Positions 61,708 to 64,000 of a stretch of DNA of 64,000 bases are shown piece by piece. Both the position numbers and the translations under genes were made by a program. Numbering within the stretch: position 1 is the first letter of the stretch; each line of letters starts with the position of its first letter. Under the pieces are notes generated by a model. That model saw only the letters and a program-made list of their open reading frames with translations, did not search any database and was not told where the DNA came from. Origin of the DNA: an uncultured Candidatus Saccharibacteria bacterium (GTDB lineage Bacteria; Patescibacteriota; Saccharimonadia; Saccharimonadales; 2-12-FULL-41-12); assembly GCA_964521095.1 (NCBI GenBank), contig CAZFPJ010000003.1, positions 12,350 through 76,349 of the forward strand. Direction: 5' to 3'.

Positions 61708-62271
61708 TTATTTCTTTCGCTCACGATAAGCCCCTGTTGCGGTATCTATACTAATGATATCTCCAGTTTTTATAAAAGCCGGCACTTTTACTACTGCCCC
61801 TGTTTCTAGCGTTGCATCCTTGGTTATGGAACTAGTTGTGTCGCCCTTGACTGCGTCTTCTGTGTATGTCACTTCCAAATAAACATTTTTGGGTAGCTCG
61901 ACACTTATGACTTGTCCGTTATAGCTTTGGGTTTGGACTTTGTCCCCCTCTTTTAGGTACTGAGCAGGGGCACCAACAACATCTTCGTCGACTTCATGGG
62001 TTTCAAACGACACTTCATCCATAAAGAAAAGCTTCTGCAGTTCTTTGTACAAAAATTGTGCATTGCCACTAGATACATCGGCCGGGCTAATTGACTCGTT
62101 GCCTTTAAAGGTTTTGTCTAGAGTCTTGCCGTCTATTAAGCTCTTTATCTTAACATTTACAATCGAACCGCCCCGACCAAGAACTTTTTGGCCGTACTCG
62201 ACCACTCGATACGGTGTGCCATCTAGCTCAAAAATGACACCCTTCTTTAGATCTGTTATGCCAAATGCCAC
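61708..62271 (-). CDS. efp: Elongation factor P
   Basis: 187 aa; DLKKGVIFELDGTPYRVVEY...GRGGS.V.VK is typical of EF-P. Confidence 0.95.
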   Translation of the reverse strand: MAFGITDLKKGVIFELDGTPYRVVEYGQKVLGRGGSIVNVKIKSLIDGKTLDKTFKGNESISPADVSSGNAQFLYKELQKLFFMDEVSFETHEVDEDVVGAPAQYLKEGDKVQTQSYNGQVISVELPKNVYLEVTYTEDAVKGDTTSSITKDATLETGAVVKVPAFIKTGDIISIDTATGAYRERKK

Positions 62272-62276
62272 TGGGG

Positions 62277-62480
62277 CTACCCTTTCACTACAAATGGAAG
62301 TAATGCAATGTGTCGAGCTCGTTTAATAGCCACAGCCAAGTGTCTTTGCTGGCTCTCTGTTAAACCAGTTTTTTTGCGAGTTTCGATCTGACCATACTGA
62401 TTTACATACCGTTGCAAAGTCTTAAAATCTTTGTAGTCAAAAAAAGCTACATCAGTTCGGTGTTTAAATATTTTTGCCAT
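62277..62480 (-). CDS. rpsR: 30S ribosomal protein S18
   Basis: 67 aa; [23 protein letters not shown]....QR.LA.AIKRAR..ALLP. Confidence 0.9.
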   Translation of the reverse strand: MAKIFKHRTDVAFFDYKDFKTLQRYVNQYGQIETRKKTGLTESQQRHLAVAIKRARHIALLPFVVKG

Positions 62481-62711
62481 ATAATTATTCCTTTCTAAAT
62501 TAATTTATAGCGACTAGTCTTTAGCGGTTAGTTGATGCGTGGCTAGGGCGTTTACACTTGGATGCAGCACAAGGAAGAGGTTGAGTCTCGCAGCGAGTCG
62601 TACTAATGGTACGATGAGGCGAGAACCGAATGCTCTGACGCAGTGATGTGCCAAGAAAAGTATCAGCGCAACGAGCTTGGCTCGTTGGCAGGATACTTTG
62701 GTGTAAATGTC

Positions 62712-63182
62712 CTAGAAAGGAACATCGTCAAGGTTAATAGGCTCATCGCCCACATCCTCTATGACGGTATCCTTCTTTTTAGCTCCGTTGCTGGCACCAG
62801 CAGGGGCTTCGTTAGATGAGTTGGATGGAGTGTAATCTCCGCCACCCTCGCCTCGTGAACCCAAAAATGTTACATCCTGAGCTACAACCTCAACCTTGCT
62901 TCGTTTTTGGCCATCTTTTTCCCAAGACTGGCTCTGCAAACGGCCGTTGACCAAAACTGGTCGACCCTTGGTTACATACTGCGCGACTCTCTCGCCCAAC
63001 GGTCCCCAAGCAACCACATCTACAAAATCTGTGGCTTCTTTCCAGTCGCCATCTTGTCCTTTGTAGCTACGATTTAGCGCCAAGCTAAAGCTACAAACAT
63101 TTTGCCCGCTTGGAATTTGTCTAAGCTCTGGGTCCCTTGTTAGGTTGCCCATTAATATTACTTGGTTAAAACTTCGTGCCAT
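62712..63182 (-). CDS. ssb: Single-stranded DNA-binding protein
   Basis: NQVILMGNLTRDPELR OB-fold start and an acidic C-terminal tip DDVPF. Confidence 0.95.
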   Translation of the reverse strand: MARSFNQVILMGNLTRDPELRQIPSGQNVCSFSLALNRSYKGQDGDWKEATDFVDVVAWGPLGERVAQYVTKGRPVLVNGRLQSQSWEKDGQKRSKVEVVAQDVTFLGSRGEGGGDYTPSNSSNEAPAGASNGAKKKDTVIEDVGDEPINLDDVPF

Positions 63183-63281
63183 TTCACACTCCCTCTTTTC
63201 TCTGCAAACTATGTGCAGTTAATTTACCCTCTTATTCTACTCTTCGTTCCGCTGGTAGCAAACCTACTAGCCTAGAATTAT

Positions 63282-63659
63282 CTATTTCTCTTCGTCTTCG
63301 TCTTCGTTGTTTTCTCGACGCTCAGCCGCTTTTTTGGCTTTCTCGGCCTTGGCTTCTTCGGCCTTGGCAATAGCCTTTAGGTCTGGGCGAGTTACAAGAT
63401 AACGAATCACTTCATCGGTGATGTTTAAGGTATATTCTACCTTAGTAACACCGGCGCCTGGCATCTCTACCGTATAAACAACATATACAGCATGGTCATG
63501 CTTGGCAATTTGGTAAGCAAGCTTTTTCTTGCCCCAATTGTCGGTTTTTGTAATCTTACCACCATTGTCAGCAAATATCTTAGCGACCTTGGCTTCTGCC
63601 TTGGACAAATCTACTTCTAACTGCGGATCATACAAAACCACTACTTCGTACTGATTCAT
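63282..63659 (-). CDS. rpsF: 30S ribosomal protein S6
   Basis: Start set at MNQYEVVVLYDP (ATG 63659). Acidic C-terminal tail. rpsF-ssb-rpsR synteny. Confidence 0.9.
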   Translation of the reverse strand: MNQYEVVVLYDPQLEVDLSKAEAKVAKIFADNGGKITKTDNWGKKKLAYQIAKHDHAVYVVYTVEMPGAGVTKVEYTLNITDEVIRYLVTRPDLKAIAKAEEAKAEKAKKAAERRENNEDEDEEK

Positions 63660-63753
63660 AGCACTCCTTTGGTTAAAGCCCGCGCACACTAGCGGTCGCA
63701 AGCTGGACTAATATTGTAAGCCTATTTTATCATACTTAACAGATTAGAACAAG

Positions 63754-64000
63754 CTAGTATGTAGCTACTAGGTTTTCTTCTATCGTGTCCGAGAAATATT
63801 CGAGATGATTCAGCCTAATAGTTTGTTTGGTGTTCCAATAAAAGGTTCTGGGTTTTGGCTTGGCAATCAGGCCTTGTTCTTTTAATTCTACCTCTTCGTC
63901 ATACAACCCGGCGTTGTCTAAAGACAGATCTACGGCCCCGCCAAGCATTAACCGAGCAATCTCTTTTTTTGTAGTGTGCTCTGTGCGCCTGTCAAGAAAC
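63754..64000 (-). CDS. C-terminal part of an unidentified protein (frame open to the right edge of the window)
   Basis: The 64-aa track ORF continues upstream without a stop (FLDRRTEHTTKKEIARL-MLGGAVDL...) to position 63999. Confidence 0.4.
   Translation of the reverse strand, partial: FLDRRTEHTTKKEIARLMLGGAVDLSLDNAGLYDEEVELKEQGLIAKPKPRTFYWNTKQTIRLNHLEYFSDTIEENLVATY

Noticed and set aside
1-64000. CRISPR arrays, diversity-generating retroelements, retrons or known defence systems
   Set aside because: I saw no regularly spaced short repeats anywhere. No reverse transcriptase, cas gene or TR/VR-type adenine-mutated repeat pair was seen. The only long repeat is identical, not A-variable.

Overview
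This is a gene-dense bacterial window, mostly minus-strand, read with the standard genetic code. By content it looks like a small-genome monoderm, plausibly a CPR/Patescibacteria (Saccharibacteria-like) organism. That placement is inference only. All family calls were made by eye from motifs, with no search run.

Housekeeping content:
- comM, infC (ATT start)-rpmI-rplT, and RNase P RNA
- rpmB, miaA, and thrS behind a T-box-like leader
- nrdR, ndk, xerC/D-like recombinase, ychF, an ABC-2 exporter, tlyA and efp
- rpsF-ssb-rpsR
- six tRNAs (Pro-GGG, Val-GAC, Gly-CCC, Thr-CGU, Asp-GUC, Arg-CCU), all with encoded CCA

Accessory and surface content:
- A complete monoderm-type type IV pilus locus (pilM-N-O, pilB, pilT, pilC, pilA, pilD and four prepilin-like genes) with no secretin.
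- A cell-surface locus at 24-32 kb. It holds three paralogous secreted beta-rich subunit-like proteins, two of which share a 447-bp identical segment. It also holds a DUF916/DUF3324-like Ig-fold anchor protein, a PKD-like membrane protein and a 992-aa tail-fibre-like protein with an internal S74-type chaperone motif. I consider this the best candidate for an undescribed fibre/adhesin assembly system.
- A RelE/RelB-type toxin-antitoxin pair.
- An IS200-like/RAYT gene bracketed by REP-like hairpins.
- Two further operons of unknown surface proteins.
- An AT-rich five-gene enzyme islet abutting tRNA-Pro.

A recurring oddity is that four tRNA genes are each accompanied by partial copies of themselves. 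Several ORF-free stretches also carry promoter/hairpin/terminator signatures of unannotated RNAs.
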